A DNA stretch of 53,487 nt, counting the filler, from Squatina squatina (taxonomy: Eukaryota), in NCBI GenBank assembly GCA_031763465.1. It is 2 parts of 2 records of this genome, joined end to end, with 100 filler letters (N's around TTAATTAATTAA, not from the genome) between each part and the next. Parts side by side here need not be neighbours in the genome. Positions count along the whole stretch, not along the records: positions 21,716 to 53,487 come from JARFOE010000233.1; 1 more part is not named here. One strand, given 5' to 3'. Both the position numbers and the translations under genes were made by a program. Below the pieces are notes generated by a model. It had not been told where the DNA came from. It worked only from the letters and a program-made list of their open reading frames with translations, and ran no database searches. Position 1 is the first letter of the stretch. The number at the start of each line of letters is the position of its first letter. This document shows positions 35,324-49,514 of the stretch, piece by piece.

Positions 35324-36487
35324 CTCAGCGAAAGTTAAGATTAGCCCTTATGAGCTCTAATGAAGGATACAAACCAAAAATCTTATAACCTGTCTTNNNN
35401 NNNNNNNNNNNNNNNNNNNNNNNNNNNNNNNNNNNNNNNNNNNNNNNNNNNNNNNNNNNNNNNNNNNNNNNNNNNNNNNNNNNNNNNNNNNNNNNNACTG
35501 GAAAGCAGAACCTTGCTCATTGATGCCAGGTGCATTGCAACTAACGTACAACTGAGGTGTCAATCAGAATACACCAGAAATAATGCTGCTGAATAGTTTG
35601 TTAAGCATCCGAACAGGCATGTAACCAGTATATGTAAATTAATGTGCAGATTTGAGAGTTCAAGGAGTAAACAAAGAAAATGCAAAAAAAGCTCCCTTCA
35701 CTCTTGAGGCAAACAGGTTATTGTGGAAGGTGTAAGGGAATGATGAAATGCTCTCTCGGGTGTGGAGGTGCAACCCTCAAATAAACAAGGAATCAAATGT
35801 CAGAGGAGGAGGCCACACAGAAGGGCGTGCGATGGCTCCCATGCACTGCACATGGAAGGATATGCAGAGAAGGTCTCCAATCTGGCAAAAAAAAGTTCTC
35901 CAATTTGGGGAAAAAAAAGTCTCCAATTTGGACCAAAGGTATTCAATGATGATGGCTGTCAATGATCTCACACTATATGTTGCCATGTATGGATTGTCAA
36001 AGAATTTGCTGATCTCAGACATGTTTCCCTGAATAGTTTCATAGAGCCTGCTGTTAGTCTGAATTTAGTTAGTAATGTGATGGAGGTATACCTCAAAATA
36101 GAAGCAATGAGGATATTTCAGAAGTATTAGAATAGGCCAGAAAAGAGAAACATGGAAACTTGCCAATAAGAAAGATTGATTTAATGTAACGCCTAGAGGT
36201 CAATACAAAAGTGGTCAATTTGCTCTTCAAGATTCAGTTGTGTGGCATACATGCTGTGCAGCAGCTCTACATTCTCTCTACAAATCTTAATGCTCTATTT
36301 TTTTGCCGAAGAAGACAGCCTTCAACAAGTGACAATGAGTGAGGACTATTGGTAGGTCTCCATAAATAAAACTGCCAATAGCTTCGCAATCATTATACTC
36401 CATTTGTCCATATTTATTCCAATAATCTCCATTCCTAACCAGATATTTATACAGCTCTTTTTGATCTAGTTAATCAACTACTTTTGT

Positions 36488-37232
36488 TAGAAACATAGAA
36501 AATAGCGGCAGGAGTAGGCCATTCGGCCTGCTCCGCCATTCAATATGATCATGGCTGATCATCTAATTCAGTAACCTGTTCCCGCTTTCTCCCCAGATCC
36601 CTTGATCCCTTTAGCATTAAGAAATATATCTTTCTCCTTCTTGAATATATTTAATGACTTGGCCTCAACTGCCTTCTGTGGTAGAGAATTCCACAGGTTC
36701 ACCACCCTTTGAATGAAGAAATTTCTCCTCATCTTGGTTCTAAATGGCATACCCCGAATCCTGAGACGGTGACCCCTGGTTCTGGACTCCCCAGCCATTG
36801 GGAACATCCTCCCTGCATCTAGTCTGTCTAGTCCTGTTAGAATTTTGTATGTTTCTATGAGATCCCCTCTCATTCTTCTAAACTCTAGTGAATATAGGCG
36901 TAATCGACCCAATCTCTCCTCATACGTCAGTCCTGCCATCCCAGGAATCAGTTTGGTGAACCTTTGTTGCACTCCCTCCATGGCAAGAACATCCTTCCTC
37001 AGATAAGGAGACGAAAACTGCACGCAAACTCCAGATGTGGTCTCACCAATGCCCTGTATAACTGCAGTAAGACATCCTTGCTCCTGCACTCAAATCCTCT
37101 TGCAATGAGGGCCAACATACCATTCACCTTCCTAACTGGTTGCTGCACCTGAATGCTTGCTTTCAGCGACTGGTGTACAAGGACTCCCAGGTCTCGTTGC
37201 ACCTCCCCCTTTCCCAATCTGTCACCATTCAG
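36488..37232 (-). mobile_element. 5'-truncated, relatively young CR1 LINE
   Basis: QRDLGVLVH..LYRALVRPHLE..SPYLRKDVLAMEGVQQRFTKLIPGM..RRMRGDLIETYKI..LWNSLPQ; tttctatgtttcta tail. Confidence 0.95.
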
Positions 37233-38149
37233 TTCACCAGTATTGGGTAGGTAATTCACTTTCTGACACGTGTAGTACACAACATATTGCTATACTTTTA
37301 TTAGTCTGCTTAACAAATTAGTTTTTTTAACATTTGGGAATATGGAAAAAATATAGGATTGCAAAAGACTGCAGTATGTTTGAACGGTCCCAAAAATCCA
37401 ATCCCTCTCAATCACCCATTCTCACAAATAATTATTCAATTCTGCAATAAAATTATAACTGGTGTTGCTCCATTTTAGCTGGGAAACATGCTAAAAGGTA
37501 ATTATTTTTAATATTTCAGACAAAGCATCACAATCACTACATGTTTTTCATGCATAGGAAGTAGTTATTGCATAAAAGCATATTATAGAGAGGTACAGTA
37601 CAAACAGTTACAGAATTCAGTAATTGCTCTCCATAACCTTCCCATTTAAGCAGGTCTTTTTTTTAATCTAACAGTTCAAAGCCAGGATCATGCCATGCTG
37701 CTTCCTCAGTTTAGTTTACATTGTAAACTCAAAACTAAACCAGATCTACTTTCAATTTTTCTTTATGTACCACATATATCCACATATACAGAGATATTCC
37801 ACTTGCTAAGTGTTTGATATCAACATTCAGAAACAATAAATTAGGAATTTAATTGCAACACATAAATTAAACTGATGAGTAAACCTCAGATGTGTTACTT
37901 TGTGAATTCTGAAGAGTATGAGCCCTTTGTTTGTTCTGGTTTGACAATGTACATGTACAACAGATTTAGGAGAAAAAGTTACAGGAGCACCAACTTCATA
38001 GAGTCTACACAACTGCGGTCAAGGCTTGCATGGCCTCATTTGATTGGAGCATTGATATATCATGAAGCTGGACACTCTATCCATGGAATGCCCTGCGACA
38101 TCAACCCACTCATGTGTGAGGTGCACTCCTCCATTCTTCTGCACCTCAG

Positions 38150-38325
38150 CCCCAGGACATTGCTGCAGGAGTCCTTCAGTGCAGTATCCTTCAGCTGCTT
38201 CATCAATGTCCTTCCCTCCATCATCAGGTCAGAAAGAGGGATGTTCGCTGATGATTGCACAGTATTCAGTTCCATTTGTAACTCCTTAGATAATGAAGCA
38301 GTCCATGCCCGCATGCACAAGATCA
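38150..38325 (+). mobile_element. LINE RT fragment (CR1/L2 group)
   Basis: FSCFINVLPSIIRSERGMFADDCTVFSSI. Confidence 0.75.
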
Positions 38326-38474
38326 GGCCTTCAAAGCACACTGATCATGATTTTAAAAATTCAGTCATGGGATGNNNNNNNNNNNNNNNNNNNNNNNNNN
38401 NNNNNNNNNNNNNNNNNNNNNNNNNNNNNNNNNNNNNNNNNNNNNNNNNNNNNNNNNNNNNNNNNNNNNNNNNN

Positions 38475-38955
38475 ACAGTATCACCAATACCAGCATCATC
38501 ACTCCCGGCAGCCCAGCCCCGCCAGCAATCGCAGGGAAAGCAATCCCTTCACCGAAATAGCCATGAGCAGCTGCAGGTACAACGGCGGCGTGATGCGGCC
38601 GCTCAGCAACTTGAGTTCGTCCAGGAGGAACCTCCACGAACTGGATTCGGAATCACAGCCTCTTCAACCCATCTTCACCACTGTCGCCCCGGAGATCGTG
38701 GTTTCCAAGCCGGAACAAAACAATTCCACAACGGTCGTCTCTTATGGGGGGAGCGGTAGTGCTGGGGGAGGAGGAAACGGTGGGAATAACAAATCGAGCA
38801 AAAAGAAAAACAATAACATTGGCTACAAGCTGGGACATAGAAGAGCTTTGTTTGAGAAAAGAAAACGATTGAGCGACTATGCCTTGATCTTTGGTATGTT
38901 TGGGATTGTAGTGATGGTCATTGAGACTGAACTTGCGTGGGGGGCTTATGGGAAG
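38475..38955 (+). CDS. KCNN2: KCNN2 (SK2) first coding exon; short-form ATG at 38563, open upstream SK2-L extension truncated by gap
   Basis: [68 protein letters not shown]; AAG|gtaag donor. Confidence 0.97.
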
Positions 38956-40779
38956 GTAAGCAAATATACAGTAACTGGCGATTTGGGGCGTCTTTTTGGT
39001 CTCAGAATTGTACAATGCAGTCGCTTTGTGTAGTGCATGTACTTTGTGGTTTCACTTTAGCAGCAATGAACAATTTGATTTTACCCATTTATTGTAAAAG
39101 TTAATCTTTTTAACTTTACATTATGGCATGCGCACTTCTATTATGAATATAACTGTTTCATACTTTTGTTTTTAAGTTTATCCCCCAATGCATTTCAAGG
39201 TTTGCCATGTGTATACTGGTGTCGTCTACTGCCAGATGTAACCCTGATACTTTATTCACTTTTAACTGAAAATCTTTGACGTTATTTCCTTTTTTTAACA
39301 TTGGGATTTTATTGTTTGTAGTGGTATAAATTTGTCGCATTGTGGCTAAATTGTCAGCCACAAGAATGATGTGCCTGGGTATGACTCAAAAATGGAAAGC
39401 CACAGGGAGCTGTTGGGCTGACCAAAGACTAAGTTGGTTACTATTAACTGGGGTGGTTACTGTTAACTGGAATGGTCCGTGACTGGCCTGCTGCTTGTGG
39501 ATTGGATGGAGACACTGGTCTGATGATGGTGCACCACATACAATGAGTGGGTGGCTGGATTCTATCCACCATAACCAGCCCCAGGCTACTGAAAACATGA
39601 AATTGCTGGTGTACTAATAAGTGATTTTGTTAAAGATTGTGATCTGGCCCTTGGACCCTGCAATGTAAAACCGATGCATTGTCCTCCATTCTGAATGGGG
39701 AATTCCCACAAACACTAATAAGCGATTCCAACCTCACTCGCACCCCCCCCCCCCCCAGCTTTGACCTGATTTCAGGTTTTGTGTTCCAAAAGGAGTATCC
39801 ATTTTTTGTTTCCCTTGGAGGAAGCATTTAAACAAAGAAAATTATCCACTCTAGGTCAATGCCACAGAGGACTTGCTGTTCCACTTCTCTTTCAGGCATT
39901 CATGGTCATTCTTGGTTTTATCGACGTGCTGCTCCCGCAGATGAGGAAAGATCGAGTCTTATCTCGATGCGCCAGAGTGTGGCACAGTTACTGCCATAAT
40001 GCTTCTCCTTTTCCAGCTGGCCTGATAACTGGACAAGTGCCTCCGTCTTTGCTCCATCCCGCCTACTTCTTTTTGCATGAGTCACCCTGTTATCATTTAA
40101 GTTGAATGGTCAGTCAGTTCCTTCCTTAACTCTCACAGTTTTGAGATTTTCTGATTTTTTTTTTTGTGTGTGTGGGCGGATGGTTGCTTGGCTCCATGTT
40201 ACAGCATTTAATCTGTGTTTGGGCATGACCCTATCCTAGCTTATAATAGCTCCAACAATCTGAAGGCAAACAAGCTTTAGACCTTCTGGAAGTTTCTCTG
40301 CCATCATTTTTTCATAAAAGTCATTTGACGGATAAATAAATGTCGGTAGTATTTTGGTGAGGGACCTCAGTTAACCATCTATTGGGATCTTTCCTGAGTT
40401 AGAGACTTGATGCCACAGGGGTCTAAGGGGATAATGACAAGACTGATGTATTTTTCCATGTAAATACACCAGACCTCATTTCTCAGTCACTGTCCCCGTA
40501 TAGTGTGTCTCTTAGACGTCTGGGGAATTTTCACTGGTGATCTGAGCCCCTACTTTTCAGATATCACTATTTCTTGTTAATCATCTAATAAAGCCTTTTA
40601 CTTTTTTTTTTCCAATGTGTAAATGCTAGGGTTAACCAGGTTCCAATCTGGCACAGGAGGGGTCAGCTGAATGGCCTCCTTCTGTCATATAGTTCCATTG
40701 ATTCCATCTGCTTTTCCCAAGACTCTGGCTAAATGCTTGGTGTGCTGCTAAGCTGCATACACCATGTGTAATGTCCCTT

Positions 40780-41480
40780 GGGAATGGAAACCTGCTGTCC
40801 TTACCCAATCTGGCCTATATGCGACTCCAGTCCCAACCCAACGTGGTTTACTCTTAACTGCCATCTGAAGTGGTCTAGCAAGCCACTCAATTGTATCATA
40901 AATAAAAACAGAAAAAGCTGGAAATATTCAGCAGGTCAGGTGGGCAGCATCTGTGGAGAGAGAAACAGTTAATGTTTCAGGTCGATGACCCTTCGCCAGG
41001 ACTGGAAAAAGTAAGAAATGTAACAAGGTTTTAAGGAAATGCAGGGGCCGGGAAAGGGGAGCTTCCGATATGTCTTTTGCCTTAACCGAGGATTCCCCTC
41101 TACCGTGGTTGACATGGCCTTTGCTCTCGCCCCTTCTCCTCCCTCCCAGAACCATGATTGGGTTCCCCTTGTCCTCCCCTTTCACCCCACCAGTCTCCAT
41201 GTTCAACGGATCATCCTTCGCCATTTCTGCCACCTCCAGTGTGATCCCACTACCAAATGCATCTTTCCCTCCACTCCCCTTTCAGCATTCTGAAGGGACC
41301 ACTCCCTCCGTGACACCCTGGACCTGTTCTTATTTCAGATTCCAGCATCAGCAGTATTTTGCTTTTGACTCAGTTGTATCAAACTACTCGAAGGCCCACC
41401 ACCACGTTCAAAGGGCAACTAGGGATAGGGAATAAATGCTGGCCTTGCTAGCGCTGCTAACATGCCGAGAATGAACAAAA
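40780..41480 (+). mobile_element. SINE/LINE 3' tail split by the Penelope insertion
   Basis: ctggcctatatgcgactccag..ctagcaagccactc resumes as gggcaactagggatagggaataaatgctggccttgc. Confidence 0.6.
40899..41367 (+). mobile_element. Internally deleted Penelope-like element with inverted 5' terminal repeat and target-site duplication
   Basis: LNRGFPSTVVD..VPLVLPFHPTSLHVQRIILRHF..IFPS.PLSAF; flanks actcaattgtatca (40885-40898) and actcagttgtatca (41368-41381). Confidence 0.8.
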
Positions 41481-43233
41481 CCTCCCAGATGCCATCCCCA
41501 TTTAATGGATATTGGATTTGGGGAGGCACAGTTAGCTTCAGTGCCTTTAGGCCAGGGAAGAGGAAAAAAGATCATTTGGGGCTGTCACCTGGAGAACACC
41601 ACCCATGGCACTGTACTCCAGTCACAAATCAGTGCCTTCAGGGAAGGAAAGAAATGTGATGATTGACATGAGAAGCTACTTGCGGCAATTGAGGGCTCAA
41701 CGTTCACTTAAGTCTGAACAGTAACTCCGACAGTGCGAGGATCAGCCAGGTAGTCCATCACATTGTATTAATGCTAACCTTGTGCTTTAGTATCTGTCCA
41801 GTAGCCTTTATTAATGCAGGAGCAGTCAGGTATGTAACATTTAAACTGAGTTTGTGCAAGTCTTGTCACAGCGTCGTTGCCATATCCTGCAGTAAATGGG
41901 AATGCATTTAATTTTCCATGTGCTAATTTATGGGTGCCATTATGAGCTCAGTTGTAATTATGATGTTTTTAATTTCCTCTCTCTCTAGCCCTATGCCAGT
42001 ATCCAATTTTACTGTGAAGTGACTCTAGGGCAGTGTCAAGCCATAAATATGCACTTAAGCTGCTGATTCACATCAGCCCTGGGCCCATCACAGCAGGAGA
42101 GGAGACTTTCATCCAGCTGGGCTTTGTCCTAAAAGCAAAAAGACTGCCTCTCTGCCCATAGGAGAGAGGAAGCCTTCATCCTCTGTCTGGGCTGGATTTG
42201 AACCCAGATTAATTTTCTAAGCTTGTCCTCCATAACCTATTCCAGTCTACGAGTGACTGAAAAATCCCTTCTTCAGGTTGGTCAACTAGAAAGTTTAGAA
42301 AAAGTAAAGAACCTCCAATGCCGAAAATGTGTAAGAGGTTTGTTCGTATTTGAAAGGGAAAAGTCAGGTCATTGCTTTGGCTGGAGACATTGTAGTTCCA
42401 ATAAAATCTTTCCATGAAACATTAACACAAATTTTCTCCTCTTCCACTTGCTCAATTGTCCTGTGCCATGTTCTATTTCCAGCCTGTTCCTCGGCCTCTA
42501 CCAATCCTGCTGTGCAATCAGTGGTCAGGAGGGCACATCTTCGGGTGACACACCCCCTCTGATTACTTATAGCCCCCTGTGGGAGCGTGCCTGCACTCCC
42601 CGCCCCACACTGAAACCTCTCCCACAAAGCCAAAAAGGACCTCAGCACGTTGAGGGTGGCCCCGAGGTGGCAAACCCATTCAGTTTGTTAAATGTCAGCC
42701 CGAAATCAAACCAATCCTTTTGGCAGGGGTCGGGGTGAGATTTATACANNNNNNNNNNNNNNNNNNNNNNNNNNNNNNNNNNNNNNNNNNNNNNNNNNNN
42801 NNNNNNNNNNNNNNNNNNNNNNNNNNNNNNNNNNNNNNNNNNNNNNNNTATTCTATAACAATAATTTGGTTGGATTGCATTTGAGAATTATTGATGGCCC
42901 AGTTATATTGACTGCTTTTGTTTCATGTCTGAATCTTTTTAATACTGAAAACCCACCGGAGGTAACTTGGAGTTTGTTCGATAGCGTAAAACGGACGATA
43001 TTGATTCAGCAGTCCCTTATATCTCCCTCCCGATTTTTCATTTCTATTGAAGCCATTGAAGTTTTTCCTGCCCCATCAATTGAAAAATGAACTAATGCTT
43101 CAGAAATATCTGAGTCTCACCAAGATATCTTATTGTCTATACTGCTGTTTGAAGCTGCTTTTAATGAGTGATATGCCGATTTCTGCACCTGAAGTGAATA
43201 CTGATCCTCTGTGAAAATTGGCCAGCGTAATAA

Positions 43234-43674
<441 letters not shown>

Positions 43675-44074
43675 TAAGCAGTTACTGTGCATTTGCTTTT
43701 CCAATGTTTAAACCTAAGAGAGAATTATGTTTTAGTTCCAGATCATGAATGATATTTTAGCAATCCAGACTTTCCGTGCCGAACAATAAATGTTACTGGT
43801 CTCTTATAATGGGTAGATTATTACTGTTGTGATCTTAATGATGATGTTTCTACAGAATTTGTTTTTGGATTGTTCAATAGCTTCTTTTTCCATTTTAAGG
43901 AAAGAATCTGAGAAATATCAACAAGATAATGTTGTGCATTTATATCATAGTTACATGCAAAATATTTTCAGACATGCAAGAGTACATGTTTAATTCATCT
44001 GATTTATCATTCCTGCTGCAGTGCATTAAGTAGATTCTGTGTAATTACACTGTACCTGTGAAACTAAATAGAAT

Positions 44075-44706
44075 CAATAACTTACATTTCTACAGCACTC
44101 CTCACCCACAGAAAGATAGTACAGAATACTTTACAGGATGGATGACAAAAATGGACACCAAGCAGGAATGAAAGAGGGAACTGGGAGGTTAAGGAGTGAG
44201 GATGAAAATAAGGCCACAGAGCAGGGTTTTAGGAGATTTCTGAAAGCAAGAATAGAGGGAGCATGGCATTGGTGTTTAGGGAGGAAGTTCCAGAGGGCAG
44301 ATGCATAATGGCTGAAAATGAGTGTCCAGCATGATAGGATAGAGGCAATGAGGAGTAACTTGGTGTCAGAGGGAGGGAGGGTTTGCTTGGTGACATATGA
44401 TTGGAGGGGATCACTGAGGAGAATGGAGAAAGATCATGAAAGGATTTAAAGGTGAAGATGAAGATCTTAAAATCAATTTTCTGGGACACAGATGACCAAA
44501 GGAGCCTGGTAAGGACGGGTAATGAAAAGGCAGGACTTTGTGTAAGTGAGGATGTAGGCCACAGCATTCCAAATAAGCTGCAGACCGGAGAGAGTGGAGG
44601 TTGGCAAGGAGAATGTTGAAAAGTTAGACCTCAAGACGACCAGTGGGGACGAGACAGGATCAAGGAAAAAAGCAGTGTGGGGTAATAGATGGGATGTTTG
44701 GTTCTA
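44075..44706 (-). mobile_element. L2 LINE 3' fragment
   Basis: PVLTRLLW..VSQKIDFKIFIFTFKSFHDLSP, the L2 ORF2 C-terminal motif. Confidence 0.7.
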
Positions 44707-45501
44707 NNNNNNNNNNNNNNNNNNNNNNNNNNNNNNNNNNNNNNNNNNNNNNNNNNNNNNNNNNNNNNNNNNNNNNNNNNNNNNNNNNNNNNNNNNNNNN
44801 NNNNNNTGTTTTTGTCATTATGAGAAATATAAGAATAAAATATTATTCCCATTTTCTGTATCATACCTTAATATGCGCTAACATCCTATTATTATCTGCT
44901 ATGTGTATTAGCTTAGTGGCTTTATCTGGTGAATCAGGCACATAAATGTTAACAGTTTAATTGTAATACCTTCCTAATTGTTAATTTTATTTCCTTTAAT
45001 TAAATTTATTTCACAGTCAGTTTGAAATTTGCTTTCAGTAATCCAAGAGTGAATGGAAAAAGAACAAGTGATCTTTATATGCTCTTCCTCAAAGGCTCTA
45101 GATTTGTAATACCATAGTAATGTTAATGTTTCCTATATCTTCAGCCTCTGAGTGAGTCTTGATTAAAATTCTGTATTTATTCTGTAATTTTTGTTGCTAT
45201 ATTGTTCTGAGTTACAGGGTAAATTTGCTAACTCCTGAACCCAGGTAATGGTTTGCCTGAGTTCATATTATCACCAGTCAGAGACCAGATTTTACCAGAT
45301 TTATCTAATCACAAATGTGTAATGTAACTGGGGTATAATATTCATCATTACAGTTCAAAAATATTTTTACAAATATATACATGGAGGAAGGATTTCTGTA
45401 TTTTGCACAGTACAGAGAAGGCTCAGTCCTAAGAAAATATAGAAACAACTGAAATGTGCTCTTTTATTACAGTAGGAATCAATTGTGTAATGCTATTCTA
45501 A

Positions 45502-45732
<231 letters not shown>

Positions 45733-46673
45733 TGAGAAGGGCAGGCAGAGCACACACCTGCTTCAGACGGGAGGCCACTTGGTAATATGCAAATCGAGGT
45801 CCTATGACGTACATAGGATCCCGGTTGCAATTTTGAGATACAAATGGATGAGCGCGTGTGGTGCACCGCCCACACTCAGCAGCCTAGCCAGTTGTTCTGT
45901 GGAATGCTCATTAAACAGGGCTCCTGGGCTCACAGAAGAACTCTGACCTGTTGCTGGCCCATGCAAGGCCTTCCCCCGGGATCAAACCCCCACCCTAATT
46001 GTTGGCCGCCTTCACTTTGGAGCTGGTGGATTTCCCAACTGCAAGCTGCCTCTGAGCGCCACGGCAACATGCAAATGAGGGCCCCACGGTGGCAACAAAA
46101 GGCAGACCACAGGTCCACTCCAGCCACTGACTGCCCATTGTGTGCCGAAACCAACAATGGCCTCTCTGTTTTTGAGAAGTCCAAAATGTTACTCTCAGAA
46201 AACATTCAACCAATGAATAACTTACACGATGGGGCTCCACTGCACACTCACAGCACCTTCCGGGCTGGCAATAAGCAGCAAGCACCAAGCATCAGTCAGG
46301 AGAAGGCAAATGTATGATTTTTTTGGGAACAGTTTTAAGGCAACACAAAATATTCCCTTTGCCTAATCATTCCTTTTATAGGGATCAGTGTACTGGATCC
46401 CTGGGTTCAATCTCATTCATACTGATGTCATGACAGTCTGCTCTCCATTCAGAGAGATTGACACCCAGGAGAGAGAAATATCATGTCATTACTATTGGCG
46501 GTCTTCAAACCCACCCAAAGTTCAAAGGACAAATGTTGCCCAGACGCCAACCAAATGCCCTTTAATACAACAGNNNNNNNNNNNNNNNNNNNNNNNNNNN
46601 NNNNNNNNNNNNNNNNNNNNNNNNNNNNNNNNNNNNNNNNNNNNNNNNNNNNNNNNNNNNNNNNNNNNNNNNN

Positions 46674-47300
46674 TGTGCAGGGGGGCGCTAACAGGGCATA
46701 AACAACTTGTCACACAGGCACGGTGCCACGAGCGACTCCCGTGAGATTCCGCTGGAGCTTAGGGGCAGCAGTAATCAGTAGCGCCCGGCTCCTGCCACTA
46801 GCACTCCGGACCGCTGATGACGATGTCATCGCTGTGTGCAGCAAGCCATTTTCGCGACGGAAAATTCAGCAACACCCCGTGAAGCTTCTGAAGGTGATGC
46901 CCACGACAGTTTCACAGGGCGCATACTGAGCTGTACACCACTCGAGGGGCAAAAATTAAAGGGGAGATGTGGCGGGGAAAAAAAATGGACGACTTACTGG
47001 TCGCCGCCTTCTTGTTAGTAGATCGCGGAGTCCGTGCCGTGATCTTGCATCCCGGCACTCCGCTTGTGTGCCAGGCTGCTGTCATGGCACCCCGCTCCCC
47101 ATTGTGGAGCTCGCAGCCTGCCCTCTCCTGCGCATAGTACACCGGTCCCACCCCCGAGAGGAAGCAGACTCCTCGACATTGGGCTCCACTTCCCCTCGGG
47201 GGCAGCAATCCTAATTTCGTAGCCGCGGACGAACGCAGGAAGTCCAGCCTTGTCTTGGTTACCGCCCCCAAATGGGATGTTACCAAATTGCGGCCCCTAT
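46674..47300. mobile_element. CpG-rich non-autonomous DNA transposon end (Harbinger-like)
   Basis: gggggcgctaac/tagcgccc motifs shared with 26005-26160; abrupt GC shift. Confidence 0.45.
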
Positions 47301-48300
47301 GATCCTATGAAATAGAGGGAAAGAAAGATTGGATTAAAAGCGAGAGAAAAAAAACAAACTTTACAAATCTCCAGCAACAATTAAAACCTGAAGGAATGAG
47401 ACTCCACAATTGTAATAGTTAATTAACACTTAGCACATCATTGTAAAGGTACTTAGACTGAAATGGACAAGACTTAACTTTCTGTGGTGAGTTTAGTTCA
47501 CATCTATCACTCAAATACAGCAACTTTACACCAGTCAATGCATGTCAATGGCGAGGCAGACTGCGAGACACCATTTTCACAAAGCTAATGGCAGAGTGGC
47601 GCAACTCAGACAGCAATGGTATGATTTCAGCGCATAACTGTGCATCTACCCTTGCCTGAAGTTGCTGTATCATTTGCACATAAATAACGGTTAGTGCCAT
47701 TAAACTCACCGTTATTTTCACAGCAAATTCTGCCCAATATAAATGGCACGGGGTTAGTAACTGTTACATCATAAGTGTCACCCAATGAATGTGAAATGCT
47801 TTATCAGGAACAGTTTAGCTTCAGCTTTATATTGTTGTAGTATGCCTTGTGTCTTGTAAAAATGTTGATTTTCTTTTTGAATATTTAAACTTTCTGTCTC
47901 CAATTAGCTTGGAGAAGCTCAGTAACTATGGAGCAATTTGTAACCTTTCTTACAGAACCCTTATATTGGGAAGGATGATATAACCCTCAAACTATAATTA
48001 CCTATACTCTCATGGCACAGCTGGGTTCCAGAATTTTATTGAAGGCACTTTGTTAAATTTCATGTGCCACAGCAAAGTTTCAATTCATAATGACAAACGA
48101 ATTGTAATTTAGAAATGTTTGTAATTGCTTTTGGTATCATTACAGNNNNNNNNNNTATTGCCCATGAAGCCTTAGTGTTGGATCTTGTCATAAACCACAG
48201 ATTCAGATGCTAATCTGTGATAGAAGAATGATATTAGGCTCATTTGTTTCATAGCTTCTTGTGTATTTTTAAAACATGCTCTGTACTCAAATGTGCATAG

Positions 48301-48456
<156 letters not shown>

Positions 48457-48500
48457 TGAGTATCGCTCCTATCTATGCCGATTATTTTTGCAAACAACAG

Positions 48501-48618
48501 GGTAAAATTCCTATCATCACTAATTTTAGTGACAAAGAAATAAGAGTGTCAAATGGCCTTCCATCACTTATACTTAAATCAACTTTTCAAGAAAATTAGT
48601 GATGACAGGACTTTTACC
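48501..48618. repeat. Intronic inverted repeat/MITE with 27-bp arms
   Basis: 48501-48527 versus 48592-48618, 25/27 complementary. Confidence 0.8.
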
Positions 48619-49505
48619 TGCAATTGTTTGTATCATCAGTTCTTAGAGTGCATGTACATTTTTTAAAAAAAAGCTTTTTTTGTCTTTCAAACATCTTGCT
48701 AGAATTTTTAATTATAAATGTCTAGTTAATTTGTTCGCACTGCTTCCTGTATATAAATCTGACTTGTTTTTATTATACATACTGTTGATATTGCATACTT
48801 AAATATAGAGGCTAATCCTGTGCTTGTGCACTCCCATAGGTGGGGGGGGGGGCATATTCACGGGGAGCACAGTTAGGAGAACTGTGTGTTATAGCTCTGT
48901 CTTCAACCTGTGCCTCCTTTCCAGCAAAGATCACAGAATTACCCCATAAGTTTCAGAGAAAAAAATTGAAACATTTCTATCCACCTTCCTTTTTATGCAA
49001 CACAGTAGTAATTAATACTTTTCAATATTTTTGCTAACTTGTGAGAAATGATGCATGTGTCTTTTAGTTTGTTGTATTGGGTTGTCTTTATGTTAGGCCC
49101 CGTGTTTAACCCTTTGAATCACATGGTAACATTATTGCAAAGCTTCCAAAAATAATACAAGATTATATTTCTTTATGTTTCTACCACTGTACCATTGTGA
49201 TGTAAATATGTGTTGGTATCTTGAACCTTTTGTTAGAATTGTGTCCCAAATATTCAAAATTGCATTATTTCAGAATACTCATTTTGGAAACTTGTTTGAT
49301 GGAACAGATTTGTTTCAGGAAAACCTTTTATTTTTCAAAGGGTTAAATTAAATGAAAGGTGTTTGCTTGTACCCCAGTCTGTACTAATATGTGTGAAATT
49401 ATTGTGTCAAATTGATATTATTTTATTCTTTGTTTTATGTTGTACCTTATTTTACATTTACTTTCTTTTTGTTTTTCTTTTTTTATTTCTACAAAATGAA
49501 ACTAG

Positions 49506-49514
49506 AGCTCGAAA
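49506..49514 (+). CDS. KCNN2: KCNN2 9-nt alternative micro-exon inserting ARK
   Basis: Long U-rich tract, ctag|AGCTCGAAA|gtaagt; phase 2-2 gives ..IHQ-ARK-LRSVK.. Confidence 0.88.

Noticed and set aside
35868-35936. Three short tctccaat(c/t)tgg repeats suggesting a CRISPR-like array
   Set aside because: Spacers are just A-runs in eukaryotic DNA; an ordinary degenerate minisatellite.
42180-42210. tRNA B-box-like sequence (ctgggttcaaatccagc on the minus strand; similar near 46400)
   Set aside because: No cloverleaf; consistent with decayed tRNA-derived SINE heads, not tRNA genes.
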